A stretch of 64,000 nt of DNA from positions 1-64,000 of the IMG/VR virus record IMGVR_UViG_3300042519_004024, one strand, 5' to 3'. The notes under the pieces are model-generated. The model worked only from the letters and a program-made list of their open reading frames with translations. It was not told where the DNA came from and did no database searches. Of the stretch, positions 45,539 through 55,549 are shown in pieces. The first letter of the stretch is position 1, and each line of letters begins with the position of its first letter. The position numbers were made by a program, and so were the translations under genes.

Positions 45539-46792
45539 TTAACGTTTGAATTTAAACTCAGTCTCTATTTTTCTTCTTCCGTATTTTTTCTCCATTATCT
45601 TTTGGTGTAGATCCCAATTAATTATAGATTCGTTTGTTTGCTCTTTTTCATCAGGAATAAGTGAATATATTTTACCAAGTCTTTTAATTAATTTTGTTGC
45701 AACATAATTAAATCTTTCACATTCATCAACAAAAAATTGATCCTCTTTCTTTTGGTATCTAGCAAGGTGACTTAAAAACTTGTGTCTGACTTTTTCAAAT
45801 TCTTTGTCATCTTCATTATTTTTTACCATATGCCCCATACCTAACATTCTCATAAATCCTGCCATTCTACTATTACCATCCTCTGTCATTCTATCAAAAA
45901 CATCTCTTTTAGCACTTATTAAATTAATGTAAACCAAATCCATAATTTCTTTTATTTTTTGCTCTTCAGTCATATCTTCATATGGTGCACCCGCATGTTC
46001 TAATAAAGCATCAATACGATCCATTTGTTCGTATAGTTTTTCAATTAAATTAGAATAACTAAAATCTCTAATTTGTTTTAATTCTTTAACAACTTTATCG
46101 TTTTCAAAAAATTCTCTAAATTTTTCTTTTGTGATACCAGTTAATTTCATTCTTGTTGCTATTTCAGTTGGTCTAACAAGGTTTTCAACATGTTGAATGA
46201 AATAACTATATCTCATAAAATCATTGATGACTGGAATTCCAAAGTTTAGTCCTTGACTTGCATAAGCTTGGTAATCAGCGTCTTTTCCTATCAAATCAGT
46301 TTCTTTTTTTTGTTTATCAAACTTATGTTTAATTTCATGAGCGATTACAGATATCATATCAACCTTATCTTTAGTGAAACAATTGTAAACATCTTGCGAA
46401 TCCCAATTATCACCATTTGATGCAAAATTAATAGATAACTCAATAATATTGTCTAATTTATGAACCTTCATTAAAATTTTTCTATCGAATTTAAATTCAT
46501 TTGCAACACCAGCAGAAATCATTTCTAATGGACCATCATAATCATCCATTTCATGAATTTCAACTCGTAACTCTAACTCGTTTATTGTATAATCAGATAT
46601 TATTAAATCTAAATCATCTTCAGTAAATGTTTGTATTGTCTTGTAATCCACCATACCTTTTAATAGGTTTGCAACGATTTCGTATAGTTCTTCAGCCGAT
46701 TCAATAATTCCTTCAGGGACACCAACGGCTTCACTTAATAGATTTTTCACTATTAAATTCATTTGTTTTTCTGTAATAATAATTTTTGCCAT
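45539..46792 (-). CDS. leader-fused HExxH metallopeptidase-like protein
   Basis: MAKIIITEKQM..LLSE; VIAHEIKHKFD; TATTTAT 4 nt upstream. Confidence 0.65.
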   Translation of the reverse strand: MAKIIITEKQMNLIVKNLLSEAVGVPEGIIESAEELYEIVANLLKGMVDYKTIQTFTEDDLDLIISDYTINELELRVEIHEMDDYDGPLEMISAGVANEFKFDRKILMKVHKLDNIIELSINFASNGDNWDSQDVYNCFTKDKVDMISVIAHEIKHKFDKQKKETDLIGKDADYQAYASQGLNFGIPVINDFMRYSYFIQHVENLVRPTEIATRMKLTGITKEKFREFFENDKVVKELKQIRDFSYSNLIEKLYEQMDRIDALLEHAGAPYEDMTEEQKIKEIMDLVYINLISAKRDVFDRMTEDGNSRMAGFMRMLGMGHMVKNNEDDKEFEKVRHKFLSHLARYQKKEDQFFVDECERFNYVATKLIKRLGKIYSLIPDEKEQTNESIINWDLHQKIMEKKYGRRKIETEFKFKR

Positions 46793-46817
46793 ACATATAA
46801 ATATATTGGGGTTTGGT

Positions 46818-47471
46818 TTATCCCACAACCCCAACTAAATTGTCTAAATGGTGATCATTAATCATATCTGAAGCAACCATTCTTTTATCCATTATTTTAA
46901 TAATTTCAGAAATACTGTAAGGATCCAATCCATTACCGTCTACTCCAACATCCATTTTTTTACCGTTACCAAATTTACGGTTTTCAGGTAAGTGAACGTG
47001 TCCGTGAAGATGAATAACACCTTTGTTCATACCATTCCAACTTTGAAGTGGGTAGTGGCATAAAACAAAATCTTTTCCCTCAATGTTTACTTCCAAGTAG
47101 TGTTGTACACTTAAAAATCTTCCTTGAACGTAATCACGATTATTTTCAATGTGGTGATCGTGGTTTCCAAGTATTAAATGAATGTTATGACAAACAAGTC
47201 TTTCAAGAAAAATTCCAATGTTATCGAATCCACCGAATGAAACATCACCCAACATAATAAGTGTATCGTCTTGCCCAACAAGATTATTAATACCATCAAC
47301 AAGTCTTTCATTCATTTGTTCAATAGTTTGAAAATCCCTTGTTGATTCAACAGGTACTTCACCATCTTGTGTTCTCCAATTGGTTGCTCCTCTTACAATA
47401 TTTTTATGTCCAAAGTGCGTGTCTGATGTTATCCACACTTTTCCTGACGTTAATAATTTTTTAAAACTCAT
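46818..47471 (-). CDS. calcineurin-like metallophosphoesterase
   Basis: SDTHFGH, LGD, GNHD, CHYP, HGHVH. Confidence 0.9.
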   Translation of the reverse strand: MSFKKLLTSGKVWITSDTHFGHKNIVRGATNWRTQDGEVPVESTRDFQTIEQMNERLVDGINNLVGQDDTLIMLGDVSFGGFDNIGIFLERLVCHNIHLILGNHDHHIENNRDYVQGRFLSVQHYLEVNIEGKDFVLCHYPLQSWNGMNKGVIHLHGHVHLPENRKFGNGKKMDVGVDGNGLDPYSISEIIKIMDKRMVASDMINDHHLDNLVGVVG

Positions 47472-47857
47472 AACTTTATTTCAAATCTTTGACACATTTG
47501 TTCTATTTTATCTTCCGGCACACCGTGTGTATTTTTACCACCGTGTCTATTTTCGACAACAACTGAAAAAACAGTATACCCATATTCTTTTGCCATATCA
47601 AAATATGGTTTCATTTCCCATTCTTGTGTTGATGTATTTGAAACCACAATCTTTGGATATTCTAAAATCATATCGGATTTTACAAACCCCTGACACCATT
47701 GATGAGCATTTTTGATTTTAGTTGAATCAAATTGGTAGTTACCGTCCACGTCAATGAAGAACATATCAGCTTCGTAGTGTTGCCCACCCAATGTTTTAGC
47801 AAATGTAGATTTACCACTTCCCGGTATTCCTCTTACTATGTATAAAACTTTTTCCAT
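47468..47857 (-). CDS. P-loop kinase (polynucleotide-kinase/AAA_33-like)
   Basis: RGIPGSGKST, EAD, VSNT, HGVP. Confidence 0.85.
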   Translation of the reverse strand: MEKVLYIVRGIPGSGKSTFAKTLGGQHYEADMFFIDVDGNYQFDSTKIKNAHQWCQGFVKSDMILEYPKIVVSNTSTQEWEMKPYFDMAKEYGYTVFSVVVENRHGGKNTHGVPEDKIEQMCQRFEIKL

Positions 47858-47861
47858 ATTA

Positions 47862-47893
47862 CAAATATACAATTATTGTTTTAATCTATCAAA
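47862..47893 (-). promoter_or_regulatory. Bacteroidota-type promoter TTTG-N20-TATATTTG
   Basis: consensus match; back-to-back with a + strand TATTTAT at 47895-47901. Confidence 0.75.
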
Positions 47894-47910
47894 CTATTTA
47901 TAATATTATT

Positions 47911-48282
47911 ATGGAACATCTGATTAGAAAAATATTATTGCAGGAAACTTTTGGTAGAGATCGTTGGGATGCTGAGTATTCGGATGAATATCCAAAATAT
48001 AAAAATATGTTAACAACAGCAATTAAAATGGATATAACGGCATCAGGTAAAAGTGAAACTTCAATCATGCTTGGTGACTCAAATGGAAATATTTTAATTC
48101 ATTTTAAAATTGGTAGTAAAACTCTTTATTATGACTATAATTGGTCAGAAGACATTGAAAAGTTAATGCCTTGGCATATTTATGTTAGGCATTTTAAATA
48201 CGCATTGGCTGATTATTTTATCAGTATATTTCCTGACGTATTAATAAAAGATGTGACAGGAGCACATATTACATCATACTAA
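47911..48282 (+). CDS. leader-bearing protein
   Basis: MEHLIRKILLQE; TATTTAT 9 nt upstream. Confidence 0.8.
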   Translation: MEHLIRKILLQETFGRDRWDAEYSDEYPKYKNMLTTAIKMDITASGKSETSIMLGDSNGNILIHFKIGSKTLYYDYNWSEDIEKLMPWHIYVRHFKYALADYFISIFPDVLIKDVTGAHITSY

Positions 48283-48284
48283 CT

Positions 48285-49865
48285 ATGAAAATAATTTTAA
48301 CAGAAGAACAATACAAATACATACTTGTTGAAAGTACTTTAAAAGACACGTTAAATGATTTAAAAATAAACTCAGGTGTTTTATTTACCTTTGGTACTGG
48401 TATAGGCGCGTTCATTAATCCAGTTGAAAGATTACTTTCAGGTTCAGGATTCTCAATGGATGAGAAAGATATTATATTACTAATCATAACATCATTTGCA
48501 CTTATTATAAAAGACTCTGAGGGGTCAACATTATTAGAAAAAGTTAGAGAAAAGGGTTTAATGCCGGCACTTAAGGGTGTTATAAACTTTGTTACAAACG
48601 TAAAAGATGTTTTAAACGCAATTTCAAAGAATCTGATTGGCGTAACGTATTCTTTATTAGATATATTAGGTTTCACACTTCTTTTAAACCCAACAATGAA
48701 AATCATAGATGAGGTGATTAAAGATAACAATATCGGTTTAGATAATACCGAACGACTCTTGTCAGGAGCAGCATTAGCAACAACCGTTTATTCACTTAAA
48801 AGTGTGTTTGGTAAACTTAAAGATAAGTTTAAAAAAAATGTAAATGAGGATATTGAACCTTCTGATGAAGCAATAAAAAACATTTGTGATTCAGAAAAGT
48901 TTTGTAATGCTCAAGGTAAAATAACATTCGGACAACTAAAGGCGTTAGTTGAAAACGCATCAACAAATAGATTAATACAACATGTTGGTGAGGGTGGATT
49001 TAAGGCAACTCTTAGATTACTTCCTTGGTTTTTACCACAACTGGCAATCGCAGGATTTGTTACCTCATCAATAAGAGCGGTTAATAAAATATTAAGACCA
49101 ACATTAGAGGAAACAGAAAACTACAAAACTTGGTGGGGTAAGGTTATTTTAAAATCGTTTAATCTATCTGAAGGTGAGCTTGGTTTATCGGATCCCTTAT
49201 CAAGAGTATTTTTTATATCGGACGGTTTAATGACGATGTTAAATGATAGATATAAAGTTAAGTTTGCAAAATATATTGCAGAAATTGCAAGTGAAATGCC
49301 TGATGATGAACCTGTTCCTGAATTTTTTGTTGAAAATGAATTAAGACATTGGTTAAACGATAAGTTCTTACTAAATCCACCTTTACAACCAAAATCATTT
49401 AAGGAAGTCCCTAATGCTGACGAATCTTTAAATGAAAACTATGTTAGATTCACAGAAGATAATACGTCAGATTTAATTGAAGACTTAATGTCTATGGGAT
49501 TTGATAGAGAAACTTCAATACATGAATTTAATGAACTAGTTTCAATTTATGAGAACTTACCAAATACTATGGTTTTGTATCGTTTGGTTTTTTCGGACAG
49601 TCAAGAAGAGATAGATACTCAGTACCCAGGTTACCACTATACCAGAAAGAAAAAAGATTTATTAGATAATCATTATTTTCAAAGTTATAGAGACTCAAGT
49701 ACAGGTGAAAACCCATATATTATTAAAGTTAGAATACAAAAACAAATGATTGATTTTTACGAATCAATAAAGAATAACATCCTTTATCCGGGTGAAAAAG
49801 AAATAACATTAAAGGATAAGGGATTTGGCGCTAAAATAGTAGAAATAATGCCGGTTAATATTTAA
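48285..49865 (+). CDS. leader-bearing three-module protein: hydrophobic module, second module, C-terminal ADP-ribosyltransferase-like module
   Basis: MKIILTEEQY; linkers VNE and LNE; VLYR..YIIKVRI..YPGEKEITL (ExE). Confidence 0.65.
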   Translation: MKIILTEEQYKYILVESTLKDTLNDLKINSGVLFTFGTGIGAFINPVERLLSGSGFSMDEKDIILLIITSFALIIKDSEGSTLLEKVREKGLMPALKGVINFVTNVKDVLNAISKNLIGVTYSLLDILGFTLLLNPTMKIIDEVIKDNNIGLDNTERLLSGAALATTVYSLKSVFGKLKDKFKKNVNEDIEPSDEAIKNICDSEKFCNAQGKITFGQLKALVENASTNRLIQHVGEGGFKATLRLLPWFLPQLAIAGFVTSSIRAVNKILRPTLEETENYKTWWGKVILKSFNLSEGELGLSDPLSRVFFISDGLMTMLNDRYKVKFAKYIAEIASEMPDDEPVPEFFVENELRHWLNDKFLLNPPLQPKSFKEVPNADESLNENYVRFTEDNTSDLIEDLMSMGFDRETSIHEFNELVSIYENLPNTMVLYRLVFSDSQEEIDTQYPGYHYTRKKKDLLDNHYFQSYRDSSTGENPYIIKVRIQKQMIDFYESIKNNILYPGEKEITLKDKGFGAKIVEIMPVNI

Positions 49866-50566
49866 CCGACATTATCTACAAATTCTAACTCATTTGTTTC
49901 AGGATCCCAATCAACAGTCACCGGTTTGTTTCGGAACTCATATCGTCCGTTTAAGACCGCCGCATTTATGAAGTGAGTTGTTCCATCAAACACATATCCA
50001 AAACCTTCATGTATGTGACCACAAACGTGTATCTTTGGTTTTATTTCTTGTATCTTCATTAACAAGTCTTCACATCCAACGTTTAATCCGTCATATGGAA
50101 CAAAATCCAATTTACCATGTGCTGGACCGTGAGTAACCAAGATATCAACATCAGTTGGTATTAAGTTCCACTTTTCCATAAGTTTTTCACCACGAGGAAG
50201 GTTGAACGCCCAATTATGGAACTCAGGTTGCCATGGGCTTCCCCATATTTTAACAAGGTTATCGTATTCTTCACCAACCAACATCCAATCGTCTTGAAGA
50301 TAATCTATGGTTTTGTATCCTGTAAGTAATCCTTTAACTTTTTCATGATCGTCTTGGAATCCAAAGTCGTGATTACCACATATGAACACTTTTGTATCGT
50401 AATTATCTATTTTGTCGTACCACTTAGCAAAGTTTTCTATTTCATTTATGTAACCTCGACTAGTTAAATCACCCGCATGTATTAAGATATCACCACCAGG
50501 TAAAAAACCATCCAATTTATTATGTTTGGTATGAGTGTCGCTTATAAATGTGATTCTTTTTTTCAT
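49862..50566 (-). CDS. metallophosphoesterase (MPPED2-like)
   Basis: SDTH, HAGD, GNHD, THGP, CGHIHE; TATATTTG 4 nt upstream. Confidence 0.9.
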   Translation of the reverse strand: MKKRITFISDTHTKHNKLDGFLPGGDILIHAGDLTSRGYINEIENFAKWYDKIDNYDTKVFICGNHDFGFQDDHEKVKGLLTGYKTIDYLQDDWMLVGEEYDNLVKIWGSPWQPEFHNWAFNLPRGEKLMEKWNLIPTDVDILVTHGPAHGKLDFVPYDGLNVGCEDLLMKIQEIKPKIHVCGHIHEGFGYVFDGTTHFINAAVLNGRYEFRNKPVTVDWDPETNELEFVDNVG

Positions 50567-50581
50567 AATACAAATATAATA

Positions 50582-50785
50582 TTATTTTCTTAATATGTTA
50601 CGTAATGTTTTTGTTTTTTCATTATAAAATTTATAAATAAAGTTTACCATATCAAAACACTCCAATTTATTTTCCCACTTTAATTTAAAGTTATCAAACA
50701 TTTTTACAGAAGTTGTTAGTTGTCCTTCTGTTTGTGACGATTTTAAAACTTTTAAGATAAAGTCGAATTGATTTGATGCTGTCAT
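50582..50785 (-). CDS. hypothetical protein
   Basis: 67 aa; TATATTTG at 50810-50817. Confidence 0.65.
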   Translation of the reverse strand: MTASNQFDFILKVLKSSQTEGQLTTSVKMFDNFKLKWENKLECFDMVNFIYKFYNEKTKTLRNILRK

Positions 50786-50822
50786 TTTATAGGTTTTTAA
50801 TTACTCCTACAAATATAATAAA

Positions 50823-51233
50823 TTATTTTGAATTATTTTCAATTAGTTCTAAAATTCTTTTTCTTCCTTTTTCACCAATAGGGATTGGGTGTCCTTCTTC
50901 ATCAATATGGACAAACTTTATATGTGTTTTTAAAACAACTACTTGTTTACCTGTATATACGTTATGTGCTCTCGCCTCCATATATAAAGTAACGGAACTA
51001 TTTCCCACTTCTGCAGGTTTACCGTATATTTTTAATAATTGTCCTTCTCTTGCTGGTTTTTCAAAATTACACTTATCAATTGAAACGGTAACCATTCTTG
51101 GTGTATCACAAAGTTGCATAGCGTACCCAGCAGCGGAAGCATCTATCCACGCAAGTAACTTTCCACCAAAAAGATTACCGTGAAAACCTAAGTCCGATTT
51201 TTTAATCGGGTGTGAGTTTAATTGTTCCATCAT
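50823..51233 (-). CDS. acyl-CoA thioesterase (hotdog fold)
   Basis: HGNLFGGKLLAWID, VTVSID, VGNSS, KFVHID. Confidence 0.9.
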   Translation of the reverse strand: MMEQLNSHPIKKSDLGFHGNLFGGKLLAWIDASAAGYAMQLCDTPRMVTVSIDKCNFEKPAREGQLLKIYGKPAEVGNSSVTLYMEARAHNVYTGKQVVVLKTHIKFVHIDEEGHPIPIGEKGRKRILELIENNSK

Positions 51234-51386
51234 TTTAATTTATTTTAAATTTATATCCAAATAAAACTGAAAACATAATAATACTCCCATGACATATACA
51301 CATTTATCCTCATATGATATAGTTAAACCTAAACCAAAACCAGGAAAAAAATTACCAATAAAGTTTATTCTATTTTTATCCATCAT

Positions 51387-51758
51387 TTATACTTTTATCC
51401 ATTTATTGTCACTATCTAAAACAAAAGAACCAATGTGTTCGTATTTCCATTCATTAGGACCAATTAATGATAAGAAAGTTTCTTTATTTTTTCCATAGTA
51501 TAAATGATATATTTCACCAACAACAGGTTCAAAATTAAACTTAGATTTATAAATTATATCATTCCAAAGATGTTCTTCTAACAGTTTTTCGTATTCACTT
51601 TTTAATTCTAAAAAACGTTTTTCAAATTGTTTATTAAGTTTATGAACTTTAGATAACTTCCAAGAATGAACATCATCCACTTTAATTGCGGGAGCACCAA
51701 TATTAGAACCATAGGGTAATAAACTTGGATTGTCGGCTACGTTATCCGGTTTTTTCAT
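51387..51758 (-). CDS. DUF2452-family protein
   Basis: LLPYGSNIGAPAI, KFNFEPVVGEIYHLY, FLSLI.P.EW. Confidence 0.75.
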   Translation of the reverse strand: MKKPDNVADNPSLLPYGSNIGAPAIKVDDVHSWKLSKVHKLNKQFEKRFLELKSEYEKLLEEHLWNDIIYKSKFNFEPVVGEIYHLYYGKNKETFLSLIGPNEWKYEHIGSFVLDSDNKWIKV

Positions 51759-52075
51759 TAATACCTATCAATTTGATTTTTAATTTTTTCTAATATTTCT
51801 TTGTTTGAGACATCGGTTAATACTTCTTCCAATAATTCTTTAATGTCTTTCTTAGATCTTTCTTTTGCCTTTCTTGTAGTCTTTAACTCAACTTCATATA
51901 AGTAATAAGCAACTTCGTCAACGGTTTTTAATTTTTGAATGTACTTTTCAATTCTTTGATCAAGTTTTCTACTACCATACACATCAAGTAGTTCAGGAAA
52001 AGATTTGTATAACTCATCCAATCTACCCTTTAGGTATTGTATTTCTCCGTATTTTAAAATATCTTCTTTTGTCAT
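51758..52075 (-). CDS. hypothetical protein
   Basis: 105 aa, in operon. Confidence 0.7.
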   Translation of the reverse strand: MTKEDILKYGEIQYLKGRLDELYKSFPELLDVYGSRKLDQRIEKYIQKLKTVDEVAYYLYEVELKTTRKAKERSKKDIKELLEEVLTDVSNKEILEKIKNQIDRY

Positions 52076-52076
52076 A

Positions 52077-52313
52077 TTAACTTATAATTTTAATTTCACT
52101 TTCAGTTTCAATTACCACTCTTGCGCCACAACTAAGAATTGGTTTTTTATCTCCACTACCACAATACTTTATCTTACTCGGGCCGAGTATTTCTACTTCA
52201 TTACAGTACGTATTTGTTTTACCCTCTTTAATTGTAATAACAGGAAGATCCGTGTCCTTTGTTTTATTGGACCTAACGTGGTGTTGGTTAACGTGGATTC
52301 TTTTTATCCCCAT
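52077..52313 (-). CDS. conserved small phage protein
   Basis: IHVNQH..PVITIK..GPS..LSCGARVVIET. Confidence 0.75.
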   Translation of the reverse strand: MGIKRIHVNQHHVRSNKTKDTDLPVITIKEGKTNTYCNEVEILGPSKIKYCGSGDKKPILSCGARVVIETESEIKIIS

Positions 52314-52555
52314 CCTCTACCCGATTGTGACATCGCATTTATTCTTTGTTGTTCTAACCAACCTAAAAATTTAAATAGTTTTTTCATCTTTTTAACGGTT
52401 CTTTTTTAAAAAAATATCCTGAAATATCCATATATCTCATCACTTCTTTATCGCCTTCAATGGTTGTTGTTCCATTTCCAGCCTTTAACATTATTATTTT
52501 ATAACCAAAACAATTTGACAACCATTTGATAAATTTTACGTGTATTCTTTTCATA

Positions 52556-52978
52556 TTAATCAGTTACATCTGTCAGGTATTGTCCTGAGTTAAGTTTTAC
52601 TTTATAACAACCTTCTTGGTTATCCATCTCATCCATCCAATTATCCCAATTTTTATCCAATAAGTCAACAAAGGAATCGTTATTACCTCTGTCTTTATAT
52701 CTTTGGATATACTCGTCCTTGATGTCTCTATTTGGATATACTAACACATAAGGTATTCCTTTTTTAAGTAGAGCGTCTCTTACGTCTTTATGTGATGATA
52801 CAAGGATCTTATCAACTTTAGGGTCTTGGATGTTTCTTTCAATATGATCAATGTAGTTTGCAGGAAAGTTTTTCTTATCAAACTTTGAACTATCGCTGTC
52901 CAATACGTTTTTATCTGTGGTGTTAAAATAAGTCGTTTTTCCTACACCAGGGAATGCTGAATATACTTTTGTTATCAT
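52556..52978 (-). CDS. P-loop NTPase/kinase-like protein
   Basis: SAFPGVGKT, DSDSS. Confidence 0.75.
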   Translation of the reverse strand: MITKVYSAFPGVGKTTYFNTTDKNVLDSDSSKFDKKNFPANYIDHIERNIQDPKVDKILVSSHKDVRDALLKKGIPYVLVYPNRDIKDEYIQRYKDRGNNDSFVDLLDKNWDNWMDEMDNQEGCYKVKLNSGQYLTDVTD

Positions 52979-53982
52979 TTAATATTATTTTTAATTTTAT
53001 TTATATACCCTTCAAGTAATACGATCTTTCTTCTAATACCAATCTTATCCATATCAGATAACATTTTCAAATAATCGTTTAATTCGTCAAGTTGTGATTG
53101 TGGTTCAACTTCCTTTTGAATTTCAATATCCGGAAATGTGTTTTTAAGTGCGTTCTGTTGTCTGATTGGCATATCACCATCTGATAATTGTGGATCATCC
53201 CACGATGTGTCTCTTTCCATAGTGTTTTCTTTTATAAAGTTTTCTATCTCTTCTGTTGTTGCGGTAGCAATACCACCATTGTCTGTAAACCTTTTAATAA
53301 ATTCATCTTTTAGGTGTTTTGGTATAACCTTTTGTTTCATAATTAGATTCATCTCACCGCCCAATACATATTTTTCCAAATAAAAAGCCATATAACTATC
53401 AGGTTCCATAGGTGTTCCTGTTAAATATGGTGGTTCTTTTCTATCAACACTTTTAGTTTTAAAAACACCTCTTACCATAATACCTCTCTCACCTTTTACT
53501 TTATATTCTTCAGGATTGTCCAATACGTCATCTAATAACTTATGAATATCATTTCTCAATGTTAATTCATCATTAGCTCCTGATACATCTTGAGCCATTT
53601 CAGGTGACCAAGTTAATACAATTTTTTTTGTTGGTTCAAATGTCATTGGATCATATAAAACTGGTGTGATTAATGCACCATTCTTAACCGGTGTATGTAA
53701 TGAGTTTGGATCAAACATTTCAGGAGTAAAACTTAAATTATATAAGAAAACTTTCCCATCAAATTTTGTATTATCACCAAGTTTCATTGTTTGTGCGGAA
53801 TATGTTTTTCCCTCAATTTCTTGTACCGGTATATCCATAAATTCAATTCCATCACATTCAGAAAATTCATCACATTTTAATAGTTCTTCTTTTAGTGGTT
53901 CCAATTTTAATTTTCCTAATTGATCGTTTGGATAAGACACATTTTCACCAAATATGTTAGTTAGTAATTCTTTTAGTTTCAT
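52975..53982 (-). CDS. hypothetical protein
   Basis: 335 aa ORF. Confidence 0.75.
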   Translation of the reverse strand: MKLKELLTNIFGENVSYPNDQLGKLKLEPLKEELLKCDEFSECDGIEFMDIPVQEIEGKTYSAQTMKLGDNTKFDGKVFLYNLSFTPEMFDPNSLHTPVKNGALITPVLYDPMTFEPTKKIVLTWSPEMAQDVSGANDELTLRNDIHKLLDDVLDNPEEYKVKGERGIMVRGVFKTKSVDRKEPPYLTGTPMEPDSYMAFYLEKYVLGGEMNLIMKQKVIPKHLKDEFIKRFTDNGGIATATTEEIENFIKENTMERDTSWDDPQLSDGDMPIRQQNALKNTFPDIEIQKEVEPQSQLDELNDYLKMLSDMDKIGIRRKIVLLEGYINKIKNNIK

Positions 53983-54217
53983 ATTTTAATCCCCATTTTT
54001 CACTTATCTCAGTGAATTTATCGTTTATTGTTTCTTCTTTAATTCCATTTAAAGATGAGAAATCTTTTTCAAATTGTAAACCGTGTTCCTTGTTTGCATC
54101 CATAATTTTTTGTCTAAGAATGGAAAGTTCGTTTGAGGTAAAGAATTCCGTACCATAGTCAACAATTCTAAGTTCCACAAGGATCTTATCATCAAAAGTT
54201 TTTATTTGGTGTGTCAT
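53957..54217 (-). CDS. hypothetical protein
   Basis: 86 aa. Confidence 0.65.
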   Translation of the reverse strand: MTHQIKTFDDKILVELRIVDYGTEFFTSNELSILRQKIMDANKEHGLQFEKDFSSLNGIKEETINDKFTEISEKWGLKYETKRITN

Positions 54218-54221
54218 AATT

Positions 54222-54470
54222 TTAATTATTTAATAGATAAACAACTGTAGCCCCTAATGCATATCCAATCGCTGACGCCATTGCCATTTTTATTCTTTCT
54301 GTCCATGTTTTTGATTCAACCATATATCCAACAAAAGGTAACCCTAAGAACGGACCCATTGATGCCCAAAATATCATATAGACACTCCTTTCAGCAACGG
54401 TAGCAATATACATTGTTGATGCCGTTTCTAAAATGAATGCTGCTAGACCTATGATAAAGTATTTTTTCAT
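54222..54470 (-). CDS. small membrane protein
   Basis: three hydrophobic segments. Confidence 0.7.
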   Translation of the reverse strand: MKKYFIIGLAAFILETASTMYIATVAERSVYMIFWASMGPFLGLPFVGYMVESKTWTERIKMAMASAIGYALGATVVYLLNN

Positions 54471-55549
54471 TAATTTGATAATGGTGCTTTAATTGATGGG
54501 TGTGATTGATAATTTTCAACAACAAAATCAGTATTTTCTAAATGATTAAATAAAGATATGTCTTCAGATAGTGATTTAAAAAACTCGTCTGTTTTCATAA
54601 ACTTTAAAGTAGGTAATTGATAAGGTTCTCTTGTAATTTGTTGTCCAGCTTGTGTTAAATGGTTTTCATACAAATGAACATCACCCAAGTTACCAATTAA
54701 TTCATCAGGAACCATATTAACTTCTTTTGCAATGATTTCTAATAACAAGCCGTAAGATGCAATGTTGAATGGTAAACCTAAGAATGTATCTACTGAACGT
54801 TGATTCCACATTAAAGAGATTGCTCGTTTGGGGATGTTTGCCTGATTTACATCTAATTCTGCCAAACTACATTCATACCAACCTGCATTATTTGTTTGGA
54901 TTTTTTCTACACCGTATATTTCAACTCTTTCCTCCAAACTCAACTCTCTTGTATAAACTTGAAATCCATAATGACAAGGTGGAAGGACCATTTGGTCTAA
55001 TTCACCAACATTCCAAGCTGAAACCATTAATCGTCTTGAGTCTGGGTTTGTTTTAAGGTCATTGATTAGGTTTGCGATTTGGTCTATGACCTTTTCCCCA
55101 ACTAATGTATGTAGACCGTTGTGTCCTATTGTTACATTTTCACCAGTTCCCCACTTTCTCCACTGTTTACCATAAATAGGACCTAACTCACCCCACTTCT
55201 TAGCAAACTCATCATCTGTTTTAATTAATTCAATGAATCTTTCCATTGAAGTTTCTTCATCCGTGTAGTAAGTAAACCTTTTATACACGTCACCATTCCA
55301 AATATGACAATTGTTATCAACCAGGAACTTAATGTTTGTATCACCACGTAGAAACCATACTAATTCTGTTGTGATTGTTTTGAATGGCATTTTTTTAGTG
55401 GTAAGCAAAGGAAACCCATCTGACATCTTGTGTCGGATCTGTCTACCAAATACTGATCTGGTTCCCGTTCCTGTTCTATCATTTTTTTTAATACCATTTT
55501 GAATTATATCAAATAATAATTCTTGGTAATTTCTATCTAGTTGGTTCAT
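54470..55549 (-). CDS. thyA: thymidylate synthase
   Basis: DRTGTGT, FPLLTTKK, GPIYGKQWR, LPPCH, QRSVD..GLPFN, GDVHLY. Confidence 0.97.
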   Translation of the reverse strand: MNQLDRNYQELLFDIIQNGIKKNDRTGTGTRSVFGRQIRHKMSDGFPLLTTKKMPFKTITTELVWFLRGDTNIKFLVDNNCHIWNGDVYKRFTYYTDEETSMERFIELIKTDDEFAKKWGELGPIYGKQWRKWGTGENVTIGHNGLHTLVGEKVIDQIANLINDLKTNPDSRRLMVSAWNVGELDQMVLPPCHYGFQVYTRELSLEERVEIYGVEKIQTNNAGWYECSLAELDVNQANIPKRAISLMWNQRSVDTFLGLPFNIASYGLLLEIIAKEVNMVPDELIGNLGDVHLYENHLTQAGQQITREPYQLPTLKFMKTDEFFKSLSEDISLFNHLENTDFVVENYQSHPSIKAPLSN

